A stretch of DNA of 64,000 nt from Geosiphon pyriformis uo1 (Eukaryota; Fungi; Glomeromycota). Below are positions 27,300 to 37,500 of this stretch, piece by piece. The position numbers and the translations under genes are program-made. Under the pieces are notes generated by a model, which made no database searches, had not been told where the DNA came from, and worked only from the letters and a program-made list of their open reading frames with translations. Where the stretch lies: contig JAAOMT010000659.1 of assembly GCA_016748015.1 (NCBI GenBank), positions 313,222-377,221 on the forward strand, in the 5' to 3' direction. How positions within the stretch are numbered: the stretch's first letter is position 1; each line of letters starts with the position of its first letter.

Positions 27300-29439
27300 T
27301 GATGGCTGCTCTACTAAAAAGGCTATGTGTGTTCAAATTATTGATGTTAAAAGGAAATATGGTGGCTAGGGTAATGTCTTTGGTAATAGTGGCTGGTGGG
27401 ATATTGCTTTTTGTTTGCTTGGAAGGTTGGGAGATTTGTTTTATATCCCCCCCTTTTACAGGTGTAGATTTATCAAAACCCTAGTCTTCTATAAGACCGA
27501 GATAGGAAGCTTGATTTGGGTATCCAGTTGGTGTTGGTTGAGATTGGGCAGAACCACGAGGGATTAGTCGAGACAGTTTATTGTTAGTTTGCACCTGATT
27601 GTTGTTGGGATTCCTCCATCCCTGATTATAGTCTATAACTCAAGATCTGGACGGGCTGTAAGGGAAAGTTTGATAGTGAAAGATTGCTTGTGTCATTGGT
27701 GGTGGTGGATAATAATTCTGGGGCAGTAGTTGAGTGTACGAGACTTGTTGTGTGTATAGAGACAGTTAATTCTGAGGTATAGAATATTGGGGTACTATGT
27801 TTTGCTGATATCTGAGTTGCTGGTATGGGTTTCCTTGATTTTAGTCCATGATCTTTCTTCTGCAGTCATGGGCAATGTGTTCAGATTTCTGGCAGTAGTA
27901 GCAGTTATGGAGATCAGATCTCCAAGGTTGTTGCTGTTGCTGATGGTTCTGTTGCTGTGGGTATCTGCTGTTGTTGTTATTTTCTCTCCGTTGGGGTGAT
28001 TGGTAAGTTCCTGTAGTTCCAGCTAAGAATCTCTCAATTTTCTGAGTTAGTTTCTCACTCAATTGGGTTATCTTTGCGTCGATGTCAGAGGTTCCGTTAA
28101 TGGCTAAATTAATGGCTTGGATATGGTTCACTTCTTGTTTTGCAGACTCAAAATCACGAGTGAGAGTGATGGCATCTTGTAAACTGATCGGATGGCGGGG
28201 TCTTACAGATCTTAGAATACTACTCCACAATTCTTTAATGAATTGATTAAGAACTTGTGCTGTGGTGTAATAGTTCTTTTCAATAGCTAATATTTGATGT
28301 AGGATTTGATTGAATCATCCAAGATAAGTAGTTACTACTTCATAATCTTTTTGTTTAATTATGCTGAATTGATTCTGCAATCAGATTAATGTATTGGGAT
28401 CACAGAAGTATTGCAGAAATGCAAGTTTAAACTCAATAAAGGAGGTAGGCTTCTCTGCCAGGCTCTGGTACCACGAATTGGCGGTTTCAGTCAGAAAGAA
28501 TGGCAGTGTCTGAACTGTGCAGTCATTGTTCCAACCATTAGCGGTAATTGCTTTCTTGGCATCCGCGATCCAAGAATATGCGTTATCTTCTTCACCAGAG
28601 AATTTTTCCAATTTAGTGATATCCTAGTAAGCCATGATCCAGTTAATGGGTGGGGTGTTACTGGTTATGTTTAAAGGGATTGGTGTCCGTGTATTCGAGT
28701 GTTCTCTGGGTGCTAATGCTGATTGCTTTCCTTTGTCACTTAAACCAATAGGTTGTAAGATAGCTGTTTCTTCTATCAGAGGAGATGCTGATTCTGCTAG
28801 GTTTTGTGCTGGTGGCTGTTCCCAAGTTGATGGGTTTCCTTTTGTTTGACTGGCTGCTGGGTTAAGATTTCCAAACAGCGATCCGTATTTTCCTAGTGAT
28901 TTGGTCCAACTGTGTTGATTCCAAGGGTGTGGATTTCCAGAAGTTTGTGGTGTTTCTGACTGGGTTTCTGGAAGTGGGTTGAACACAATTCTACTTTGGG
29001 GTGTCTGATAGTATAATGGAGTTGTTGGGGAGAAGACCCTTGGTTTCTTGTTGACCATAGACTTGGCTTGGGCAGTTATAAGGTTGTTGGATTTGTTTTT
29101 GTATTCCTCAGGGTTAGATTCCACTGGTTGTTGTACTTAAGGGAATCATTGTGCCACATAATATTTAATGTCTGTATCAATTATACACAGAGTTTCAGCA
29201 ATTGCTCAGGTAGTCGTGGCTGTTGAGTACCCTAGTAAGCTTTGATGGATTTGTTTTCCAAGTCTTTCTGTATTAGTTGCGCGGCCTAACAAGCAGTTAA
29301 TTTTTGCGTTGATATAGTTACAAAAATCACTTTCTGCGTAAGCAGTTCCTGCTGGTATTCCTAGGTCTTTTTGGAAGTATTGAAATAGTGCTTTTCCGTA
29401 TGAGGAGTGGTCTTTTCTTATTGTTCCAATAGTCACCAT
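27300..29439 (-). pseudogene. Element B gag with CCHC zinc knuckle
   Basis: KFSGEEDNAYSWI..NGW..ANSWYQSL capsid-like block; CYYCQKSEHIAHDC knuckle. Confidence 0.88.
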
Positions 29440-29480
29440 TTTTATGTATTTTTGGGGGTGCTCTGTCTCTGTGGATTTAT

Positions 29481-29499
29481 AACCTCACAGGGAGCACCA
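29481..29499 (-). promoter_or_regulatory. Primer-binding site of B (TGGTGCTCCCTGTGAGGTT), elongator tRNA-Met-like
   Basis: 2 nt from the 5' LTR end; complement AACCTCACAGGGAGCACCA ends in CCA. Confidence 0.85.
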
Positions 29500-29501
29500 A
29501 A

Positions 29502-29902
29502 TGTTACAGGTAAACTTGGTGGATATGAGAAATGGTAACGTTTGGTGCTCTCAATTATTGATAATGCATCTTTCACATAATTCTGTTGGCTTAGTCTTGA
29601 TTATCAGTCTCTGAAAGTCTATTCCTGGATGTAAATTTTACCCGTTAAGTTCTTTGGTTATAAGGCACAGAGTTTGTCTTTCATCAATTGCAATGTTTTT
29701 TGTAAATGTGAGCTTTCTTTTCCAAGCTAATGAGCACAGTCATTAGGGTCTGGCATTGTTTTTTCGCCCTTCTAGTAAGCTAACAAGATAATGTTAATAT
29801 CCAAAACTTAGGGGGAGCTTCCCTCTTTTACCAGGCTATCACGAAGTTTATTTGCAAACAGTCAATTTTACTATGTTGCCGCTTCACAAAAAATTAAGAC
29901 AG

Positions 29903-29939
<37 letters not shown>

Positions 29940-30609
29940 AAAAAAAAGAAAAGAGAGAAAAGATAAATTAGTATCGTCAATCGCCATGATCAAGAGCGAT
30001 TGGTCCAAATCATTAATAGATTCAAGGCAGTTATACTAAGAACATTTGTTCTAGAATGAAGGTATGAGACAAGGGTTAATTCACGTAAATTTCACGAAGT
30101 TTGAGAACATGAATTTGCGATTCTGATTTCTTTTAATAATTGATTTATTTCAGGAAATGAAATAGGGAAGATAATAAAGGATGAAAAGGTATGGATATTT
30201 TAATTTCTGGTTTAGAGATTTATATCTGTTTTTTCTTCTCTGTCTTTTCTCACTTCTACAACTACTTGCTTTTATACATTCTTTTGGTTTTACAGGATTG
30301 CTTTCAATTGTTTCACTATTGCTAGCTATTGCTTTGTTGTTTCTGTTATTGCTTCATTTTTCTATGTTATCACTAGTTATCCTATGTTATAACACGTTAT
30401 CTGATGTTATTACATGTTATTCTGTGTTATTCTGCATTATAACACATTATCCTACGTTATTGTGCACTATTCTGTGTTATCCTGCATTATAACACGTTAT
30501 CCAACGTTATAACACATTATCCAACATTATTGTGTATTATTCTGTGTTATGTCACGTTTTTGGTCACGTTTTTTCATAACTTTGGATTGGTTTTTTTACT
30601 TGGATAACA
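29502..30609 (-). repeat. 5' LTR of element B
   Basis: Colinear with 20359-21442; expanded A-run at about 29903-29937. Confidence 0.95.
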
Positions 30610-30613
30610 GCAT

Positions 30614-33611
30614 TCCTTCTTTCTTTTCTTTTCCTTTTCCCTTATCTTCGTTCCATTCCCAACTGGAGGCTTCTTTTTGTTTATTGTCGGTCCAAGTCAA
30701 ATTGTCGGTTTTCCAGGTAAGTTTGTTTGTTTGTTTTTCTTTCCCGTTGTTGTCCCAAGAGAGTATTGGTGGCAGCTCATTGTGCTCTTCATCAGCCCAT
30801 GACACTTGGTAGGCTTCCCAGGTAGGTTTTGGTTTTTTTTCCTCAAAGTTGATTAGTGGTACTGTGGTGTTGGTAGCCTTGAAGTGGCCACACATTGCTG
30901 GTACTCGTGTGTGTTGCCCGTTCTGGCTGAGTTGAAGCTCTTGTATATTCCAGTCCAGAGTGGCGTTTATCTTGGACAGCCAGTCATTACCAACTAGAGC
31001 TTGGTATTGGGTGGCTTCCATAATGAGTACTTTAATTGGTACTATGATGCTGTTAATTTCGATTGGTAAGTCATTGATTTCACCAATTGGAGTCTTGGTC
31101 GCTTCATCAGCCGTGATGATTCTGGTGCTAACAGCTTAATCAACTTGGCAACCTAATTGATCCATGAGTTGTTGTGTAATTATGCTGCTTGCTGAACCAC
31201 TGTCAAATGAGATGGCCATCAATTTTCACATCAGTGTACATAGCGGTAATTGGCTTTTCTTTTAGTGTGGCTCTCCTAAATAATAGCATGATTGATGATT
31301 TCTCGAGTTCAAATAGAAAAATGACATCCAGTAATTCATCGTTAGTGACTGTTGCTGGCGGAATATTGCTGGTATGTGTTTGTTGTTTTTGGGTGAGTTC
31401 CTGGTTGCTGGGTGAGGCATCTTTTGGGGTAACCAGAAGACTTAAATAGTTCTGGGAATTCGGGTTTTGGGGATTTCTGGTGCCCGAATTCCATTGACAA
31501 GATTCTGTTTAACTGAAGGAGCTGGGGATCAGCTGATGTACTACCATTAACAATCTCCAGTTTTGCTGCGTGATTCTTGGTCTTTGGACTCCACTGGCCA
31601 ATAAGTTTTGTGGTGGGGTCTAAATTGTTTGGGGTTGATAGATTGTTGGCAGTTGTGGTTAATATATTATTTATGGCTGTGGCTGATAAATTGGGGTTGT
31701 TGGTTAATAAATTGGAGCTTGATATACTGGTGGTTGATAAATTGATTGTTGCATCATTGGCAAATAAGTAGTTTGATATTGTGTTGAATTTGATTGATAA
31801 TTTGGAGTTGAGAACCGGCGATTGGGGTTTCAATATTGATTTCCCGATTATTGGTTATTTAAACACTGGCAGCAGTCGATTTGAATATGTTCTTGTTTAT
31901 CACAATAGTGGCAGATACGCGTTTTCTGTTGCCACTGTTAATTGGTTGATGAAGATAGATGTGGTTGATTTTGGCCATGAGTAGAGTTTTCTTGATTATT
32001 GCATCATTGTGGAGGCTAATAAATGGCATGATTGTCAGCTAAGTATTCTTCTAATCTCTTATTAATTGATTTACTGAACTTTTCCAATTTGGAATCCAAT
32101 TCAGATGATCCATTTATTACTAGATTAATGGCTTGGGCATGGTTGGCCTCTAACTTAGCAGATTCAAAATCTTTGATGCATGTGACTGTGTCTTAAAGTG
32201 TGCCTGGATGCAACAGATGTACATGTTGCAGGATGCTGCTGTGTAGGCCACGGATAAACTGGTTGAGGATCTGTGGTGCTGTGAAGTAGTTGGCATTAAT
32301 TACTTGAATTTGGTGCAGATTTTGATGGAAGCATCCCAGGTAAGTGGTAACTGCTTCAGTTTTTCTTTGTTTTATGGTGGTGAATGTGTTAACTAGGCGA
32401 TTAATGCTGTTATTATTGCTGAAGTATTTTAGGAATTCCACTTTGAAGGCCTCAAAATCTTGTGGTTTATTAATCAAGCTCTGGTACCATGAATTGGTGG
32501 TATCTTTGAGAAAGTAGGGAATGGCTTGCATTGCCCAGGTGTCATTCCATCCATTGGCTGTGATGGTCTTTTCTATATCATTCAGCCATACTTGAGCATC
32601 ATCTTTTTCACCAATAAAGTTGTCAAGTTTTGTGATTGGTGCGTAGGCCATTGGATCTAAGTTGGGTGGTTGTGATGGCTGTTAAAGTGGTTGTTGAAGA
32701 GGTAATGGTTGTTGGGGTGGTACTTGAGGTGGTTGAATTGGCTTACCAATCGGCTCAATTGGTGGTTGATTGATGACAATAACTGGAGGTAGATTTTGCT
32801 GATGAATTAACTTGGGGTTTTGATTTCTTTGATTTGGTGGAATTTGAATATTTGGAGTTTCAATTTCCAAATTTTCTAAATGTTGCTGAGTTTGAATGTT
32901 TGGGTTTTCTAAAATTGGGTTTTGGTAATTAAATTCCTGATTCTTGTCTTCTTCTTCTTCTGATTTAGTAAATTCCCAAGAACTGATGGTTTTGAAATCT
33001 GGCTGATGAGATGGTGATCAAAATCCTAATGGTGTTGGCGATCTCAATTTAAATTCTTCAAAATAATTGCCATATGCTCCTAATAGTTTGTTTTTCTTTT
33101 GTTTACTCTGAAATGCGATTCTTGCTAGCGGTATCTTTGTACTGGTGGACGCGTCTGCTGATGCAATGTTGATGGTACTTCTGGGTGTGTGATGGTATGA
33201 TGGGTATATCAAAGATTCAATTCTTTATTTCTTCCGGTTAGGAATTTGTATTTCTTTGGGTGTTACTGCTGGTGTCTGTAGTTTTCCTTTGCCTTTGTCC
33301 TGGTAAGTAATAGGGAATGTCTTTTGTGTATATTTTTTAATTTCTTGGTTGATTTCTCTGATGATGAGTGCAAAGCTGTGATTTCTGGGTAAGTTGGTGT
33401 GTTGGATTAGTTTCAAATAGAAATTTTCTCTTGCTGATTCAATGTTAACTAATCTTTCTAGAAAATCTGTGATTTTTTTGTTGATGTAGAAGTTGAAAGC
33501 TGATTCTGCTGGGTAATGGTTGTTGTTTAGGCCTAGCTGCTGGCTGTATTGTTGAAATAAGAATTTTGCGAATTCTAGATGATTTGTTCCTATTATTTCT
33601 GATTCTGTCAC
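30614..33611 (-). pseudogene. Element A gag and protease
   Basis: APITKLDNFIGEKDDAQVWL..NGW..NSWYQSL; CHYCDKQEHIQIDC knuckle near 31860-31915; DSG motif near 31200 with a small frameshifting deletion; QALVGNDWL. Confidence 0.9.
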
Positions 33612-33653
33612 TTTTGGTTTAGTGTTGTCAGTGCTGGTTTTCTGTAGGATTAT

Positions 33654-33671
33654 ACCTTACAAGAAGCACCA
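33654..33671 (-). promoter_or_regulatory. Primer-binding site of A (TGGTGCTTCTTGTAAGGT)
   Basis: Same as the B PBS except three C>T/G>A transitions; 2 nt from the LTR end. Confidence 0.85.
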
Positions 33672-33673
33672 AA

Positions 33674-34543
33674 TGTTATAGTTGAATTATTTGAAGTCTC
33701 CAGTCAAATAACAAACTTGTAACTTGGTGTTCAAAAGCTATTTCCATCAATGATATTCTGAAAGTATTGTATCTGAAGGTTTTGATAGAATTCTTTGTAT
33801 AATGAACAGAGATTTGATAGTGTGGCGATTTGTTGTTTGTTGTTAGTTGTTTCCTAATTTTTTTTTCAGCTTGGTAGCCGGATTTATTCTGGCAGTCATG
33901 CCTTTCTGGTAAGCTAACTGATAATATATATAAATCTACTTTTATTTCTGGGTTTTTTACCAGGCTATCTGTGACGTCAATAACTCAGCGCTTTTAATCT
34001 CCAATTAATTAGTAGGCACAACAAAATCAAAAAAAGAAAGAAATAAAATAAAGAAAATAATGATGATGAAGATAAGCCAAGGCAATTTGATAAGTTAGTA
34101 TCTTGTCAATAGCCATGATCAAAAGCTATTGTTCCAGTATGGTTAAGTATCAATTATTATCAACATGAAGTGTTGATAGTGGAGAGTGGATTAAAATATA
34201 AAATAATTATATATTTGATAATTGGAAATTGAAAGGTTGCTTAAATTAATCTATACTAAGAGATCTGTTTTTTCAGCTTCTAATCCTGCTGCTATATATA
34301 CATAATTGAGATTTCTCAATTCCTTGATTCTTCATGACAGGAATTCTGGAATTCCTGGAATCTTGCAATTCCTTTAAGAGGAATCTTGGAATTCTGAAAT
34401 CTTGCAATTCCTTGTCAGGAAATCCTGAAATTCCTGGAATCCTGCAATTCTTGGAAGGAATCCTGGAATTCCACATTTACTACACCTACTTCTAATTGGC
34501 TACTACTTATGCTAATATATTTCCTATATTTCTATGAGTAACA
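33674..34543 (-). repeat. 5' LTR of element A
   Basis: 870 bp, TGTTA...TAACA, colinear with 14180-15049. Confidence 0.95.
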
Positions 34544-37500
34544 ATGACCACCCCATCAAACTAATCTTAGACAGTGAATCAGCTGGCAGCATTATCACAA
34601 GACAACTTATAGATCAATTAGGTTGTCAAGTTGATTGAACTGCCAGTACTAGAATCATAACAGCTAATGGAGTGACAAAAACTTTGATTGGTAAAATAGA
34701 CAACTTACCTATTGAAATTAATGACATCATTGTGTCAATCAAAGTATTAGTCATGAAAGCCACTTAATATTAAGCCCTCGTTGGCAATAATTGGCTGTTC
34801 AAAACCAATGTGACATTTGATTAGAACACACAAGAGCTTTAACTCAACCAGAACGGTTGACATACATGGGTACCAGCCATGTATGGCCACTTCAAAACTC
34901 TCAACATGCCAGCACCTCTTATTAAGTTCAAGGAAGAAGAGAAAAAACCTACTTGGGAGGCCTATCAAGTATCATGGGCCAACAAAGACCACAATGAGTT
35001 ATCTCCAATACTCTTGTAGAGTAGTAACGAGAAAGAAAAGAAAAAAGAAGAACCTACCTGGAATTCCGACCAAGTCTGAAGAACCAATGACAACCAAGAA
35101 GAGCTAATAGATTGGGAATGGGAAGAAAAGACAAAAAAAAAAGAAAAGGGGAAAGAAGAAGGATCAATATCCACCAGCATCATCACTTATAATTCTTACA
35201 CTATACTACAGCAATTTGCTTATCACCACCCAAAACTGGTATGCATTAATTGTGGCAAAAAATTGTTGTCAATAAGCACTTGTTGTGGCAATGATGAGGA
35301 ATACCAGACAGCAACCAAGTTCTACTATCACTTATGCATCATAGAACATTTTGAAAGACCAAAATGAGTGAGAAAATGGGATAATAAGCCATGCTTGGCT
35401 TGTGGAAAAACTCTCCTTGATAAAAGAATGTGAAATGACATTTTTGGGAGAGGAAGAACATGCGACAAATCATGTCAATATATAATTCTCATAAGTAACT
35501 GAGTGAGAAAAGAAACATCCATAAATGCCATCTGGAGACATACAGTCAAATGATTGGACAAATGTCCACACGATGATGACAAAATCTAGCAAATGACACT
35601 TACCAAAATCGAAGAAGCATCACCAGAAAAAATAAAAACAATTAAAGATAACTTACCTGAACCCATAGAACTTAATTGGGACCCAGAACCAGTCATAAAT
35701 CTACTAGATCCAGAACAATTCCACAAACACTATCAGGAATTAGCACCCACTAGAGAGAAACAAGAGCAACAGTTGGAAAAAATTAACATTCGACTATGTG
35801 ACCATTGTTTGATTTCCTGTGACTTTCAATATTGTAATGAGTGTGACCTCATTTACAATCCACCAATCTGCATGATTTACATGATCTCAGAGGAAAAAAA
35901 ACCAATCAGCAGCTATGTATCAGAATCAGAATCAAATTTCAACTCTAATTCAAACTCTAACAATGATGATGATAAAAACAATGATTCCAGCTCCATTCCA
36001 AATAGCAACAAAAATTACGATGATTCAAACTCTGATTCAAACCCCAAAACATTTATTGTATTTTCTGACCTCACCAAGGAACAGGAACTTAAATGGTTTA
36101 GCAATAATGGTGAAGATATCATGTTAGAACGCACACATAATACTGATGCAGGGTTTGATCTGAGATATCCAGAAAAGGATGCCATCAAATTGGAACCCCA
36201 TTTATGCAGTAGTATTGATCTCAAAATAGTACTAGAAATTTCAGCAACAACCATGGTTCAATTAGCATCTAGGAGTAGCCTAGCAAAAAAAAAGATTAAC
36301 ATCAGAGGAGGAATAATTAACACAGGATACATAGGAAATATCATTGCTATACTACAAAATGATTCAGAAAAAGCATATATTATAGATCCAAACAAAAAGA
36401 TAGCACAAGCAATATTTCTACCTCTGGTTAAAGTAGCTAAATTAGTATCAGTGAGAAACAAGAAAAAATTAGGAATAACAACAAGAAGGATACAGGAATT
36501 TGGATCCACAGGTAGAATAGATGTACCAGTTAATATAACAAAGGAAGAAATTGTTGACAAAGAAAAAATTATCTCAACCCATCAACCAATTTCCATTCTA
36601 CCATATGACCAGTATATGTTAGCCATAAAAAGAGAAGTAAAGAATCAAGCTCAGTTGTTTGAAGCAGAAGTCATCATTTGTGAATCAGGAAAGATTGGGC
36701 TTACTAATCTTTACATATCAGCCAAAAGCCCCAAAAACATCAAAATTCCCATTTACAACACAACCAAAAATATTATTGAGATACCAAAAGGAACTATCAT
36801 TGGATATTTAACCATTAAAGTTGAGGATCAACCACCAAACTACATTTCAGATTTTCCACAGCTTTGTAAATACATGGACATTACATCACAAACTATTTAT
36901 GGACAAAGTGAATGTTATCTGCTTCAACCAAAACAATTGGAACAGATAAACATGGGAAATTTAGATCCACTCCAACAGATGCAACTAATGATATTACTCA
37001 GAAATTTTAATGACATCTTTGTTAGCAAAAATGAATTTGGCTGCACCAACATCATCTAGCATTAAATCAAGACTGGAGATGTAATGCCAATTAAACAAAG
37101 AGCATACAGAATACCACCAGCCAGCCATAAGATTATTCATCAAAAAATTAACTGAATGCTTAACAATGGGCTAATTTAGCCATCAATGAGCCCATAGTCA
37201 TTATCAGTAGTACTGGTCCAGAAAAAGTATGGAAAGATTTATTTCTGTGTGGATTATTGAAAACTAAATGGAGTAACCAAAGGTGATAGCTATTCAACTC
37301 CAAAGATCCAAAAACTATTCAATGTTTTTGGAGAAAATAAATAGTTCTCAACACTAGACTTAAACAGTGGTTACTGGCAAATAGCCATGAACTCAGAAAA
37401 CAAAAAGAAAACAGCTTTTACAACTCGAGAAGGAAACTTTGAATTTGAAGTAATGCCATTTGGCTTGATGAATGTACCAGCAACATTCCAATGGCTCATG

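Larger units (their letters stand above)
20359..30609 (-). mobile_element. Ty3/Gypsy LTR retrotransposon B, full length, dUTPase-carrying, nested in pol of A
   Basis: LTRs 20359-21442 and 29502-30609; TSD GCAT at 20355-20358 and 30610-30613; A's reading frame (..KEGM|PPTAAIY..) rejoins across it. Confidence 0.96.
14180..34543 (-). mobile_element. Ty3/Gypsy (Metaviridae) LTR retrotransposon A, dUTPase-carrying, degenerate, interrupted by element B
   Basis: Two 870-bp LTRs (TGTTA...TAACA), PBS, PPT, order gag-PR-dUTPase-RT-RH-IN, many premature stops. Confidence 0.95.

Noticed and set aside
29588-29616. TTCAGAGACTG...AAGACTAAGCC resembling group I intron R/S elements
   Set aside because: Spacing too short, P/Q elements absent, not conserved in A or C
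30104-30122. CGCAAATTCATG similar to the U6 snRNA 3' region
   Set aside because: Only ~12 nt; no ACAGAGA box or internal stem-loop
33900-33970. ACCAG/CTGGT stem resembling hairpin-ribozyme helix 3
   Set aside because: Loop A/B consensus (AGAAACA, GUAUAUUA, N|GUC) not found
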